In this document: one piece after another, positions 17,980-27,530 of the stretch | Numbering within the stretch: position 1 is the stretch's first letter | How the letters are laid out: each line of letters opens with the position of its first letter | Assembly: GCA_043816305.1 (NCBI GenBank) | Contig: JBDRHZ010000043.1 | Coordinates: 42,322-106,321 of the forward strand | Reading direction: 5' to 3' | DNA: 64,000 nt | Origin: Patescibacteria group bacterium | Lineage (GTDB): Bacteria > Patescibacteriota > Dojkabacteria > JAHIVN01 | Position numbers and translations under genes: made by a program | The notes under the pieces: generated by a model | The model's input: the letters and a program-made list of their open reading frames with translations, nothing else | The model's database searches: none | What the model was told of the DNA's origin: nothing

Positions 17980-19362
17980 TTAAATAGTTGGCTGCTGCTG
18001 GATTTCGTTTATCAGGTTGTCGATCTGTTCTTTGAATGTCAAGTTTGTCTGAATCATGCTTTGAACTTTGTCGATAGCATGGATTGCAGTTGTATGATCT
18101 TTCCTTTCAAGGATCTCTGAAACTTCCTGGAGCTTGTATCCGAATTCATCTCGGAGAATATACATGCATATCTGGCGAGCAAAAGCTATTTCCTTCGTTC
18201 TTCGAGGCCCTTTTATTTCTTTGGAAGAAACTCCAAACTCCTTTGCCACTTTCTTTATGATGGTGGAAGTTTTTACAGCTTTTCTTTTTGAATTGGGGTC
18301 TTTGCCAAGTATCTTTGCTATCTCAGCTTGTGTGAGTTCGTCCTCTTTTTTCATGGAATTATAGAGATTGACTTTTTGGAGTGCGCCTTCGAGTTCTCTA
18401 ATATTCTCTTTTATTATTTCGGCAATGAAACGTAGAAAGGGTTCTGGAAGATTTATACCGAACTCCTTTTGCTTTTGTTCGAGTATTGCTATACGTTCTT
18501 CATATCTTGGCTTTGATATATCTGCTACCATGCCTCCTTGAAATCTGGAGATCAATCTGTCTTCGATATTGGGGATTTCTTCGGGTGTTCTATCAGATGT
18601 GATGACAATTTGTTTGGAAGCCTGAAAGAGAACATTGAAAGTGTTGAAAAAGGCGCTCTGAGTTTCTTTTCTGTTGGAGAGCATTTGAATGTCATCTATG
18701 ATAAGCACATCCAATTTCCTATATTTATCTCTGAACTTATCCATAGTATTTGAACGTATGCAGGCAACCATATCATTTAGGAAGTTTTCGGTTGTACTAT
18801 ACAGAACTTTTTTTGTAGTATCACGATCGATGATCTCTCTTCCGATAGCCTGGGCTAGATGGGTCTTGCCTATACCTGTTGTGCCGTATAGGAATAGAGG
18901 ATTGTAGCTCTTTCCCGGGTTTTCAGAAACGGAAATTGCAGCTGCATGAGCAAGCCTGTTAGAATCTCCAACGACATAATTTGCAAAAGTGTATCGCTCA
19001 TTCAAACTGGAAGACCGAATATGTTGATATGAAGCTTCATCTATTCCGTCTTTTACTTGCAGAATAGGAGCAGTGTCGTCCGCCTCTGTTTTTTTGGATG
19101 TATCTTTCACAAGGTACTTGTCGTATTTGAATTCCGGATTGAGATCTTTTCCATACACAAATGAAATAGTTTTTTGAATGAGATGCTTGTGTTTTTGGTT
19201 AAGCCAGTCAGCAGTATAACTGTTTTTAACACCAATTAGAGCCTTCCTGCCTTCGATATCTATGAGTCTTGTGTCTCTAAACCATGTCTTGAATTGAGCG
19301 GGAGAATCAAGCTTTATCTCAATCTGTGCAAGAGTTTTTTTCCAGATATCGGTTTTATCCAT
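17980..19362 (-). CDS. dnaA: chromosomal replication initiator DnaA
   Basis: AAA+ Walker A GTTGIGKTHL, Walker B LIIDDIQ, sensor and box VII residues, and the C-terminal DnaA signature (RQICMYILRDEFGYKLQEVSEILERKDHTTAIHAIDK). Confidence 0.97.
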   Translation of the reverse strand: MDKTDIWKKTLAQIEIKLDSPAQFKTWFRDTRLIDIEGRKALIGVKNSYTADWLNQKHKHLIQKTISFVYGKDLNPEFKYDKYLVKDTSKKTEADDTAPILQVKDGIDEASYQHIRSSSLNERYTFANYVVGDSNRLAHAAAISVSENPGKSYNPLFLYGTTGIGKTHLAQAIGREIIDRDTTKKVLYSTTENFLNDMVACIRSNTMDKFRDKYRKLDVLIIDDIQMLSNRKETQSAFFNTFNVLFQASKQIVITSDRTPEEIPNIEDRLISRFQGGMVADISKPRYEERIAILEQKQKEFGINLPEPFLRFIAEIIKENIRELEGALQKVNLYNSMKKEDELTQAEIAKILGKDPNSKRKAVKTSTIIKKVAKEFGVSSKEIKGPRRTKEIAFARQICMYILRDEFGYKLQEVSEILERKDHTTAIHAIDKVQSMIQTNLTFKEQIDNLINEIQQQPTI

Positions 19363-19427
19363 GTGTTTTTTTGGGCAACTTGGGTAGAAAATTGGGTAGT
19401 GTATTTGATGTCTATACTTTATGAGTA

Positions 19428-19456
19428 TGTGGATAACTTGTCAAGAAAGTGGATAA
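19428..19456. promoter_or_regulatory. two DnaA boxes upstream of dnaA
   Basis: TGTGGATAA (19428-19436) is the perfect complement of TTATCCACA. AGTGGATAA (19448-19456) has one mismatch. Confidence 0.6.
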
Positions 19457-19528
19457 TTCAGCTTATAGCTTACAGTTTACCGCATATAAACGTATTTGTT
19501 GTAAAAAGTGGAACAAGTCATACACATC

Positions 19529-19537
19529 TGATATAAC
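19529..19537 (+). promoter_or_regulatory. extended -10-like element TGATATAAC upstream of ORF 19567
   Basis: TGn-TATAAC lies 30 nt upstream of the ATG. Confidence 0.3.
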
Positions 19538-19566
19538 AATCACATATTAAATATTAGAGATTAGAG

Positions 19567-19923
19567 ATGGTCGAGTGTGAACTAGAAGGGCGTGTCCCTA
19601 TCTTTGAAGCCAAACCAGATACTATTTATACCGGGGTTGAAGGAGCACAAGGAAATGTTGCTAGAGTAAGGTACCTAGACTTAGATACTGGAGGATTCTC
19701 TTTTTTGGATGGTTGGGATGTAGATTTGTTTATTAGGTTTAGGGTGGTGCAAGCCCGCTTTCCGGCAGGAAGCCAAGTTGCTCATCAAACCGCTGCTGGG
19801 AGGATGGTGTTTATTGAGAGGGTAGAAGCTGATACTGGAGCGGGAGCAGGAGAGTTTCGCATAATTAGGAATCTTGACTATGTAATAGTTCGACCGGTTA
19901 AACAGGCATCGGTTGCAGTTTGA
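19567..19923 (+). CDS. hypothetical 118-aa protein (atypical-composition ORFan) next to the origin
   Basis: ATG start. Sequence looks beta-rich and is Gly/Arg/Val-rich with only 2 Lys (hand count). No motif recognised. Confidence 0.5.
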   Translation: MVECELEGRVPIFEAKPDTIYTGVEGAQGNVARVRYLDLDTGGFSFLDGWDVDLFIRFRVVQARFPAGSQVAHQTAAGRMVFIERVEADTGAGAGEFRIIRNLDYVIVRPVKQASVAV

Positions 19924-19988
19924 GTTCAGGGTACCATCGATTCAGATCAAGAACCAAACATCCAACAACGAATTACCAATTACCAGTG

Positions 19989-21374
19989 TCAGTACGGATA
20001 CCAGAAACTTCTTTTCTTCCCGCTCTCATTTTTCGAAACGACTTTCTTCTTCAGACACTGCTGAATCTTCGATTCAGTTGTTTCAATGCCCGAATCTTTC
20101 CATCCGGTCCAGTGATCCCATCCGGGGAAAGTGATGAACGTTTCATTTATCGAAACCAAGCCTGATTCAAGTTTTACGGCAATTTCCTCAGCATTTTTAA
20201 TATTCATAGAAAATACAGAATTTGACAGTCCATAATTGGTATCGTTTGCTTTACTTATAGCTTCATCTTCATTTTTAACGATAACTACAGGAACTGTGTT
20301 GCCAAATGTCTCTTTTTTTATCAGTTCAATATCATCATTCTTTGCGAGAATTACTGATGGGGAGAGCCAGTAGCCATTATTTCGATCCAGTTTATCTCCA
20401 CCGCACAAGACTTTTGCACCATTCTTCCGACTGTCTTGAATCCTTCGATATACTTTTTCTAACGCCTCCATTCTGATATACGGTCCATAGTCGATTCCTG
20501 CTCGTAGATTTTTCACTATTTTTGTTATTTTAACGAGAAATTTATCTGCTACTTTTTTTACAACGTAAACTCTTTTCACGCTGACACACTCCTGCCCTGC
20601 GTTATATGTTCCTCCCCAGGCAATCGATTTGGCTGCCAAATTGAGGTCTGCGTCTTCAAGTACTAGTGCCGCGCTATTTCCACCAAGCTCAAGCTGGACA
20701 GGTCGAATGCCGAAGTTTTGCAGAATGTCTTTCCCAGCTTCGACAGATCCGATCATGAATAGCTTATTAATGCTCGATTTCACAAGGAGTTTTCCGACTT
20801 TTTCATCTCCAATCAATATTTGTATTAAGTCCTTTGGAAAACTTGCCTCAACAAAAAGCTCTTTGCAAAGAAGTCCGACAAGTGTTGAGTATTCTGAAGG
20901 TTTAAATACAACAGCGCTTCCGGATACTAAAGCAGGGATGATATACACCATAGGAGGATAGAAAGGAAAGTTCCAGGGAAGAATCAGGCCGATTACTCCT
21001 TGAGGAACGTACTGAATTTCTGCCGTTGTCTTGGGAAATGTCTCAGGGTTGAATGTGTAATTCTGTATCTTTACCTTTGAGAATTCTCCTAGATAATAAT
21101 CAACAGCATCAATTACGTCATACAATTCAGCCTCACAGTCAGGAGTCATCTTCCCAGTTTCCTCCTTTATCAACTCAAGAATTTCGGCTGATCTTTTATG
21201 CATCACCTTTTTTAATCTCTTGAAAAGCTCAGCCCTTTCTTCAAATGTAGTTTTCTGCCAAGTAATTTGAGTATCTCTTGCATTCTCTACTGCAGAATCG
21301 ACTTTGGCTTTTGTGAAATTTTCAAACTCCTTTAATATTTTTCCGTTTGCGGGATTGATCGACTGGATTTTCAT
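19989..21374 (-). CDS. NAD(P)-dependent aldehyde dehydrogenase family protein
   Basis: LELGGNSAALV (catalytic Glu region), GQECVSVKRVYV (catalytic Cys), FPWNFPF. Confidence 0.9.
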   Translation of the reverse strand: MKIQSINPANGKILKEFENFTKAKVDSAVENARDTQITWQKTTFEERAELFKRLKKVMHKRSAEILELIKEETGKMTPDCEAELYDVIDAVDYYLGEFSKVKIQNYTFNPETFPKTTAEIQYVPQGVIGLILPWNFPFYPPMVYIIPALVSGSAVVFKPSEYSTLVGLLCKELFVEASFPKDLIQILIGDEKVGKLLVKSSINKLFMIGSVEAGKDILQNFGIRPVQLELGGNSAALVLEDADLNLAAKSIAWGGTYNAGQECVSVKRVYVVKKVADKFLVKITKIVKNLRAGIDYGPYIRMEALEKVYRRIQDSRKNGAKVLCGGDKLDRNNGYWLSPSVILAKNDDIELIKKETFGNTVPVVIVKNEDEAISKANDTNYGLSNSVFSMNIKNAEEIAVKLESGLVSINETFITFPGWDHWTGWKDSGIETTESKIQQCLKKKVVSKNESGKKRSFWYPY

Positions 21375-21391
21375 TCTTCTGATTTAAAATA

Positions 21392-22198
21392 TTAGATTGG
21401 AATTGCATTGTGCCAGAGAAGTAGGCAGAATGCTTTCATAGAGTCGGCGATTTTTTGATTCTGAATCAGGTAGGCGAGTGAATTTAAATCTTTGTGAAAA
21501 CCATAAGCGAATATGATTTTGTCATCAAAGCAGAAAAGATCGACGTCTATGTTGCCCGCCAAACTCTTCAAATACCTCGGTTGATACAAACCTTTTAGAT
21601 CAGGATTCTTTCGTAAGAACTGTCTGCATTTTCTTATGTCACTTTTATTCTCTATGAACACAAACCTGTCGCCATGTTTTCTGAGTACAGATTCCTGTCC
21701 GCTTGAGATAAGTTTTCCTGTCTTATCAAACTTGTAATAATTGTCAAAATCGAAATTGCCTCCAAACCCAAGCAAGCCTTCGCTTGAAGTACCAATGATC
21801 TTATCCAAATCCGCGCGAATGTTTGCTCCTTTGAAGACCTTGAAGTCGCTAGCAACATCAAGATTTTCTCCGTTCGAAAGAGAGAGGAGCAGTGGAACTT
21901 CACGCTTCAGCTGCTCAAACTGTTTTTCGGTTTGAAGTTTGTAATCTTGGGCTAATCGGATAAGCTTTCTGGGACTGACCGCTTTGTATTTTATTTTGCT
22001 TTTCGGATCGGTTGATCTGAAAATAAGCTTTTTTGCTTTTAGAGAATCTAGAATTTCGTAAAGCGTTGTACGATTGATTTTGAGTTCTTGAGAAAGAGAA
22101 GTAATTTTTTGGGGAGGATTTGTAAGAATAGTTTTATAAACCAGGTATTCCTCATCTGAGAGTCCGAAGTACTTTGTATCGATCGCAGAATTTGCCAT
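21392..22198 (-). CDS. TrmB-like winged-helix transcriptional regulator
   Basis: LSDEEYLVYKTILTNPPQKITSLSQELKINRTTLYEILDSLKAKKLIFR. Its stop lies 18 nt upstream of the aldehyde dehydrogenase start. Confidence 0.6.
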   Translation of the reverse strand: MANSAIDTKYFGLSDEEYLVYKTILTNPPQKITSLSQELKINRTTLYEILDSLKAKKLIFRSTDPKSKIKYKAVSPRKLIRLAQDYKLQTEKQFEQLKREVPLLLSLSNGENLDVASDFKVFKGANIRADLDKIIGTSSEGLLGFGGNFDFDNYYKFDKTGKLISSGQESVLRKHGDRFVFIENKSDIRKCRQFLRKNPDLKGLYQPRYLKSLAGNIDVDLFCFDDKIIFAYGFHKDLNSLAYLIQNQKIADSMKAFCLLLWHNAIPI

Positions 22199-22424
22199 AG
22201 TAGTATTATATCACGGGTGTAAGTAATGTCAAACAGAACTTACAGCCCTTGTGATTACAAAACCTAATTTACGTTGAATAAGCGATGTAGTAAGATAAGT
22301 AAACAGCATATAGCGGATAGTGGCCAGTGAAATAGTTAAGTAGCATGCTGATGGCTGATAGCGGAGAGCTGATCATAAAAAAGTAAATAACTAATAATAA
22401 CTATAAATAACTGAATTTAATTAT

Positions 22425-23195
22425 ATGTTCACAACAATTCGGAGTCTCAAAATCAGTTACGAAGTTTTGGGAGAGGGCGAACCGATACTTCTGCTCCATG
22501 GCTGGGGCGGAAGTCTGGAAAGCATGAAGGCTTTAGGTTCTAGGCTTAAGGATCAGGGGTTTAAAGTAATTCTCGTTGATTTGCCTGGGTTTGGAAAAAG
22601 TGATAAGCCGAGAGAAGCTTTCTGGCTTGAGGATTATGCGCAGATAATTGAAGAATTTCTCAAACAGCTGGAAATTGAGAATCCGGTTCTTTTTGGGCAT
22701 TCGTTTGGAGGGGCGATATCTATAAAGATTACTACTCGCAAGAATGTGAAAGTGAAGAAGCTAATATTATGTAACAGTTCCGGGATAAGATTGCCAAAGG
22801 AAAAGAAGCAGAAAGTTGTGGGAAAGGTTGCTAAAATAGTCAAAGCTTTCGCTAGAATTCCATTACTTGGCAGGCTTTATCCGTACTTGCGCAAGTTCTT
22901 CTATTATTACATATTGGGTGAACGCGACTACATAGACCACCAGGAAATTGCTGGTACTTTTGAAAAAGTAATAGTAGAAGATCTGACTGAGCAATTAAAC
23001 ATAGTAGATATTCCAACACTGCTTCTGTGGGGTGAGAATGATACTTCGACGCCTCTTGCTCAAGGTGAAACAATGCGACTAAGAATTCAAAATTCAAAAC
23101 TCAAAGTCTATGAAGGGGAGGGGCATGGAATACCGAAATTTAAACCGGAATTGGTGGTGAAAGACATAGTTGAGTTTATCTCCGGTAGCAGGTAG
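22425..23195 (+). CDS. alpha/beta hydrolase
   Basis: HGWGGS oxyanion region, nucleophile elbow GHSFGG, C-terminal GEGHG. Confidence 0.85.
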   Translation: MFTTIRSLKISYEVLGEGEPILLLHGWGGSLESMKALGSRLKDQGFKVILVDLPGFGKSDKPREAFWLEDYAQIIEEFLKQLEIENPVLFGHSFGGAISIKITTRKNVKVKKLILCNSSGIRLPKEKKQKVVGKVAKIVKAFARIPLLGRLYPYLRKFFYYYILGERDYIDHQEIAGTFEKVIVEDLTEQLNIVDIPTLLLWGENDTSTPLAQGETMRLRIQNSKLKVYEGEGHGIPKFKPELVVKDIVEFISGSR

Positions 23196-23240
23196 CCAGT
23201 ATCCGCTACCGGTTACCGGCTCCCGGCTACCAGATACCGG
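23196..23240. repeat. cryptically simple spacer built from TACCGG-like words
   Basis: CCAGTATCCGCTACCGGTTACCGGCTCCCGGCTACCAGATACCGG, read directly. Confidence 0.6.
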
Positions 23241-23309
23241 TTTGTAGATGCATTACAAAATTTCTCCATTTATGCTAAGATTTGAGTATTAAAATAATCT
23301 TACCTGGCG

Positions 23310-24005
23310 ATGTACAGAATTCTTTACTTTCTAATATTTGTATTTGCATTTTGGTTTATTCATGCCCTTTCCCGAATATTAAACCATACTTACCTGTGGC
23401 AGTTAAAAGAGTACCGTCTGGATAGGATAAGGGTATTTCTGCGTGAGAAGAAGATTCTATCTCTAAAGATTTATCCAACAATAATCGCATTTCTGCTTGG
23501 CTTATCCGGCTTTGTGCTGACGAAATATATGCATGTCCGCTGGCTTTATATAGCTCTTGTCCTGGGTTTTGGGTACTTTGTGTATTCCTCTTTAGGTACA
23601 CTTACCAAGCTCATTTCTCGGAAACTGACTTTTCCAAAGAAGAGCTTGAGAAATCTGCTTATAGTAGGAAGTGTTCTTGTGATGTCTCTTGTTCCACTTG
23701 CCTCATCATATATGTTCTATCGTTCGATTTACATTGAGATAGACGGCAGGCACGATAACATAGATCCTCAGATCGTAACCAGTATAGACGAATTCTTCCC
23801 GCAGAAAATGGGCGATACTGATTACTATGCAGTTCCTCTAGAGACTGGAACAATAGTTCTTTACTTCCTGCTCTTATTTGCCTTTGATCTGATTCTGCCA
23901 ATTCTTGTAGCTCTGTTTGTCTTTTTGACAGCTATTCTTTCGGCAGTTACACGTAAAAAAAAATTAGAAGGGCTCGGAAAAAAATCTCCAAAATCGAAAA
24001 TCTAA
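23310..24005 (+). CDS. multi-pass membrane domain ORF, probably the N-terminal part of a membrane-anchored Mur ligase
   Basis: Six or more hydrophobic segments. It ends 48 nt after an A9 run (23955-23963). The -1 frame continues straight into the Mur ligase P-loop. Confidence 0.6.
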   Translation: MYRILYFLIFVFAFWFIHALSRILNHTYLWQLKEYRLDRIRVFLREKKILSLKIYPTIIAFLLGLSGFVLTKYMHVRWLYIALVLGFGYFVYSSLGTLTKLISRKLTFPKKSLRNLLIVGSVLVMSLVPLASSYMFYRSIYIEIDGRHDNIDPQIVTSIDEFFPQKMGDTDYYAVPLETGTIVLYFLLLFAFDLILPILVALFVFLTAILSAVTRKKKLEGLGKKSPKSKI

Positions 24006-25045
24006 AGATAGTTGGTATCACGGGAAGCTATGGAAAAACAACTACAAAGGAAATTCTTCATTTGATTCTTTCATCAAAATTCAAGACCTACTCAACTCCA
24101 AAAAATTATAACTCTACAATCGGTGTTGCAATATCAATTCTTGAAAATCTGAATTGGCTGGCGGATGTTTTCATAGTTGAAATGGGGGCGTATAAGAGAG
24201 GGGAAATTAAGGAAATATGTGATCTAGTCCCTCCAGACATAGCTATCATTACAGCTGTTTCAGAACAGCACCTGGCGCTTTTTGGTGATATCGAAAATAC
24301 ACTCATGGCAAAATATGAGATAGTGGAGAATTCTAAAAAAGACGCGACTATAGTTTTGAATGGGGATAATGATCTGGTTCTTCGAGTGGCGGGAAAATCG
24401 AGCAAGAATAAGATACTCTATTCTACAACAAAAGAGCTGGATCTGTGGGCAAGTGATATAAAGTCAAAGGGGGATTATGTAGAATTTAACGTACATCATA
24501 AAGGAGAGAATAAGAGGTTTGAAGTAAAGGTTTTGGGTGAGCACAATGTATCAAATGTACTTGCCGCTACAGCATCTGCATTAACACTTGGGATGACACT
24601 TGATGAAATTGCAGAGGTGCTAAAGAAAGGATCAAAAAGAAAAAAGATCGGTAGACTAGCCATTCGTAAAAGTAGGTTTGGATATCAGGTAATTGATGAC
24701 AGCTACAATTCAAATTCACAGGGGTTCAGTGCAGCTCTGGACATTTTGAGTCGAACAAAGGGTGGAAAAAAAGTGTTGGTTACGATTGGGATTATTGAAG
24801 CTGGTGATCGTTTAGGTGAGGTATATAAAGCACTTGCAAGGCAGATAGTAGATGTCTGCGATGTCCTGCTGACAACTGATAAGAGACTAGTGTCTGCAGT
24901 AAAGGATGAGAAAGCGAACTTTGAAATCATTCTTGATACAAACTTGAAGAGGCAGCTCAGTTTCCTGACTCGAGAACTTGGCCGGGAGGATGTAGTCCTA
25001 TTTGAAGGTCCAAATATTCGTCTTTTGAATGAGATATTAAAATAA
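23957..25045 (+). CDS. MurF-like Mur ligase (central ATP-binding and C-terminal domains), with no canonical start upstream of its P-loop
   Basis: The frame is open from 23957: KKIRRARKKISKIENLKIVGITGSYGKTTTKE (P-loop at 24014-24046), later VIDDSYNSNSQGFSAALDIL. The ORF track starts at TTG 24062, which would delete the P-loop. Confidence 0.8.
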   Translation, partial: KKIRRARKKISKIENLKIVGITGSYGKTTTKEILHLILSSKFKTYSTPKNYNSTIGVAISILENLNWLADVFIVEMGAYKRGEIKEICDLVPPDIAIITAVSEQHLALFGDIENTLMAKYEIVENSKKDATIVLNGDNDLVLRVAGKSSKNKILYSTTKELDLWASDIKSKGDYVEFNVHHKGENKRFEVKVLGEHNVSNVLAATASALTLGMTLDEIAEVLKKGSKRKKIGRLAIRKSRFGYQVIDDSYNSNSQGFSAALDILSRTKGGKKVLVTIGIIEAGDRLGEVYKALARQIVDVCDVLLTTDKRLVSAVKDEKANFEIILDTNLKRQLSFLTRELGREDVVLFEGPNIRLLNEILK

Positions 25046-25061
25046 AATTAATTGAATTCAA

Positions 25062-26303
25062 ATGATTTTTACCGCACTTAGTCCAAATACACAAAAAGAC
25101 GACTTTGATATTGCCAGAAGGCTAGTATTTAAACCTCAAGATTATGAGAATGGTGCGGAAATTGAAGAACTCAGGACTTGGTTTGCCAGTACTTTGGATG
25201 TCATGTCCGTTGTTTTATATGAAAGCGCCAGAACAGGACTTTTTTTTCTGCTGAAAGAGCTGGGTGTCGGAAAAGGAGATGAGGTTGTGTTGCAGGCCTT
25301 TACATGTGTTGCGGCAGTGAATCCAATAAAGTGGACCGGAGCTAAGCCAATATATGTTGATGTCAACCCAGGAACTTACAACCTGGATCTTAATGATCTG
25401 GCAAACAAAGTGAATGAAAGAACAAAGGCAATTCTGGTCCAGCATACATTTGGCTATCCAGCTGAGATTGAAAAAATTCTTGATTTTGCAAAGACAAATG
25501 GTCTTTTTATCATAGAGGACTGTGCACATACTATTGGAGGAATGTTGAAAGGGAAACCTCTGGGAAGCTTTGGTGACGGGGCGGTATTCAGTCTTGGTAG
25601 AGATAAAGGTATATCATCAAGTTTTGGAGGAGTTGTCGCAACAAAGAGGAAACTTCTAGGTCAAAAGTTGATCGGACAGGAAAAGTTCCTGGCATATCCG
25701 TCAAAATCTTGGATAAGAAAACAGCTTCTTTACACTGTGACAAGTTTCTTAACAAGGAAATACTATGATACACTTTCACTTGGCAAGTTGATACATCTCA
25801 TCTCGTTTAAGCTGGGACTTGTGAGCAGGTCTACAGAACAGGTTGAGAAAAGGACAGGAGCTTTTCCACGTCATGCTAAAAGCCGAATGCCAAATGCATT
25901 TGCAAAGACAGCTCTCAATCAGCTGCATAAACTTGAGACAATAAATTTATCAAGACTGAAGATAAGCAGACTTTATATGAAGAGTTTAGCAGGGATTTCA
26001 GGAGTAAAACTTCCCGGATGGGAACTTGCTGATGGTATTTTCCCGCTTAGGTTCCCACTGCTTGTTGAGAAACGCGATGAATTAGTCGAGTACTTATCTT
26101 CGAGGGGCGTGCTTGCTGGCGATTGGTATGATGTTCCGGTAGCTCCTAAAGATGTTGATCTGCTTGCTGCATCGTATCAGCAAGGAAGCTGTCCGAATGC
26201 AGAGTCTGTCAGTCGTAGTGTAGTAAACTTGCCAGTGAATGTGAACATGTCCGAATCGGATACTGAGAAAGTGATTCGGTTAGTTAGGGGATTTTTTGGG
26301 TGA
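25062..26303 (+). CDS. DegT/DnrJ/EryC1/StrS-family PLP-dependent aminotransferase
   Basis: ILVQHTFGYPAEIEKILDFAKTNGLFIIEDCAHTIGG and FSLGRDKGISS (PLP lysine). Confidence 0.85.
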   Translation: MIFTALSPNTQKDDFDIARRLVFKPQDYENGAEIEELRTWFASTLDVMSVVLYESARTGLFFLLKELGVGKGDEVVLQAFTCVAAVNPIKWTGAKPIYVDVNPGTYNLDLNDLANKVNERTKAILVQHTFGYPAEIEKILDFAKTNGLFIIEDCAHTIGGMLKGKPLGSFGDGAVFSLGRDKGISSSFGGVVATKRKLLGQKLIGQEKFLAYPSKSWIRKQLLYTVTSFLTRKYYDTLSLGKLIHLISFKLGLVSRSTEQVEKRTGAFPRHAKSRMPNAFAKTALNQLHKLETINLSRLKISRLYMKSLAGISGVKLPGWELADGIFPLRFPLLVEKRDELVEYLSSRGVLAGDWYDVPVAPKDVDLLAASYQQGSCPNAESVSRSVVNLPVNVNMSESDTEKVIRLVRGFFG

Positions 26304-26363
26304 AGACAGTTGGCCAACTATTGTTGAACAATTGTCATACTATTGTAGTACAATCGCGGGCCA

Positions 26364-27404
26364 ATGGTCATAAAAAAAATAACAAACAAAACAACCTGGG
26401 AAGACTTTGTGCTTACGCAAGGTTATAACTCTCACTTTCAGTCTTGGAACTGGGGTGAGTTTGAGAGGAGCCAAGGTAATAAATTTGAGAACCTGGGGAT
26501 ATATGAAGGAAGTAAATTGATTGGTCTTCTGCCTACAAAGTGTGTTCGGGCTAGGAGAGGAAAATATCTGCAGCTGAGACATGGTCCGATCTTTGATTTT
26601 TCAGATACTAAGCTGTTGAAGTATTTTGTGGACTTTATATACAAAAAAGCTAAAAACGAAGGTTTCTGGTTTGTCCGAATTAGCCCGCTGATCCCGATAG
26701 AAGATGAAGAAAAATATTCGAACGAACTGTCAGGATTTAAACCATGCTCGCTTCACAATAATGACAGTGAACTCACCTGGATATTGAATATCACAAAAGG
26801 AGAAGACGATATACTTGCAAATATGCGAAAGAATACCAGGTATTATATACGTAAGGCGGAGAGAGACGGGGTAAAAATTGAAAAGACAAAGGATCTGGAT
26901 AAGATGGAAGAATTTTGGCAGATCTATCAGAATACGGTGCAAAGACAAAAATGGGCAGCATACTCACGGGAGTACATAACAAAAGAGTTTCAATCGTTTC
27001 TTGCAGACGATCAGATAGACTTGTATCTGGCAAAGTACAATGGAAAGTATATTGCTGCATCACTTATCCTTTACTACGGAAAACAGGCAATTTATCATCA
27101 CAGCGGGAGTCTTTCTGCATATTCCAAAATTCCAGCGAGCTACCTTATTCAGTGGGAAGCTATTAAAGAATCAAGAAATAGAGGTTTAAAGTACTATAAC
27201 TTTTGGGGAATCGCACCCATAGAGAAGGTCGGGGAAGAATATGAAATTGAAGAAGGGCATCCTTGGGAGGGATTAAGCTTTTTTAAGCAGGGTTTCGGAG
27301 GGGGACCTAGGCAGTTCATGCATGCAAAAGATCTGCCGGTTAGTCCGCTGTACAATCTGACTAGAATCTTTGAGAGGGTTGAAAAAAAGAGCAGGGGATA
27401 TTAG
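26364..27404 (+). CDS. FemAB-family peptidoglycan bridge aminoacyltransferase (third copy)
   Basis: HFQSWNWGEFE, IYHHSGS, YNFWGIAP, FKQGFGGG. Confidence 0.85.
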   Translation: MVIKKITNKTTWEDFVLTQGYNSHFQSWNWGEFERSQGNKFENLGIYEGSKLIGLLPTKCVRARRGKYLQLRHGPIFDFSDTKLLKYFVDFIYKKAKNEGFWFVRISPLIPIEDEEKYSNELSGFKPCSLHNNDSELTWILNITKGEDDILANMRKNTRYYIRKAERDGVKIEKTKDLDKMEEFWQIYQNTVQRQKWAAYSREYITKEFQSFLADDQIDLYLAKYNGKYIAASLILYYGKQAIYHHSGSLSAYSKIPASYLIQWEAIKESRNRGLKYYNFWGIAPIEKVGEEYEIEEGHPWEGLSFFKQGFGGGPRQFMHAKDLPVSPLYNLTRIFERVEKKSRGY

Positions 27405-27530
27405 CAAATAGCTAACAGTAAACAGCTTACAGCGAAACAGTCAGGCAGTGAAGTAGTGGATGGAGAGACAGTAAAACAGTTTTCATATCTTAATAAATAT
27501 GAGTAACGGTAAAATCTTAGTTATCTAGTC

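Noticed and set aside
22260-22424. Repetitive-looking spacers (also 27405-27500, 48421-48519) considered as degenerate CRISPR arrays.
   Set aside because: There is no constant repeat of 24-40 nt alternating with unique spacers, only short stuttered words. There are no cas genes in the window.
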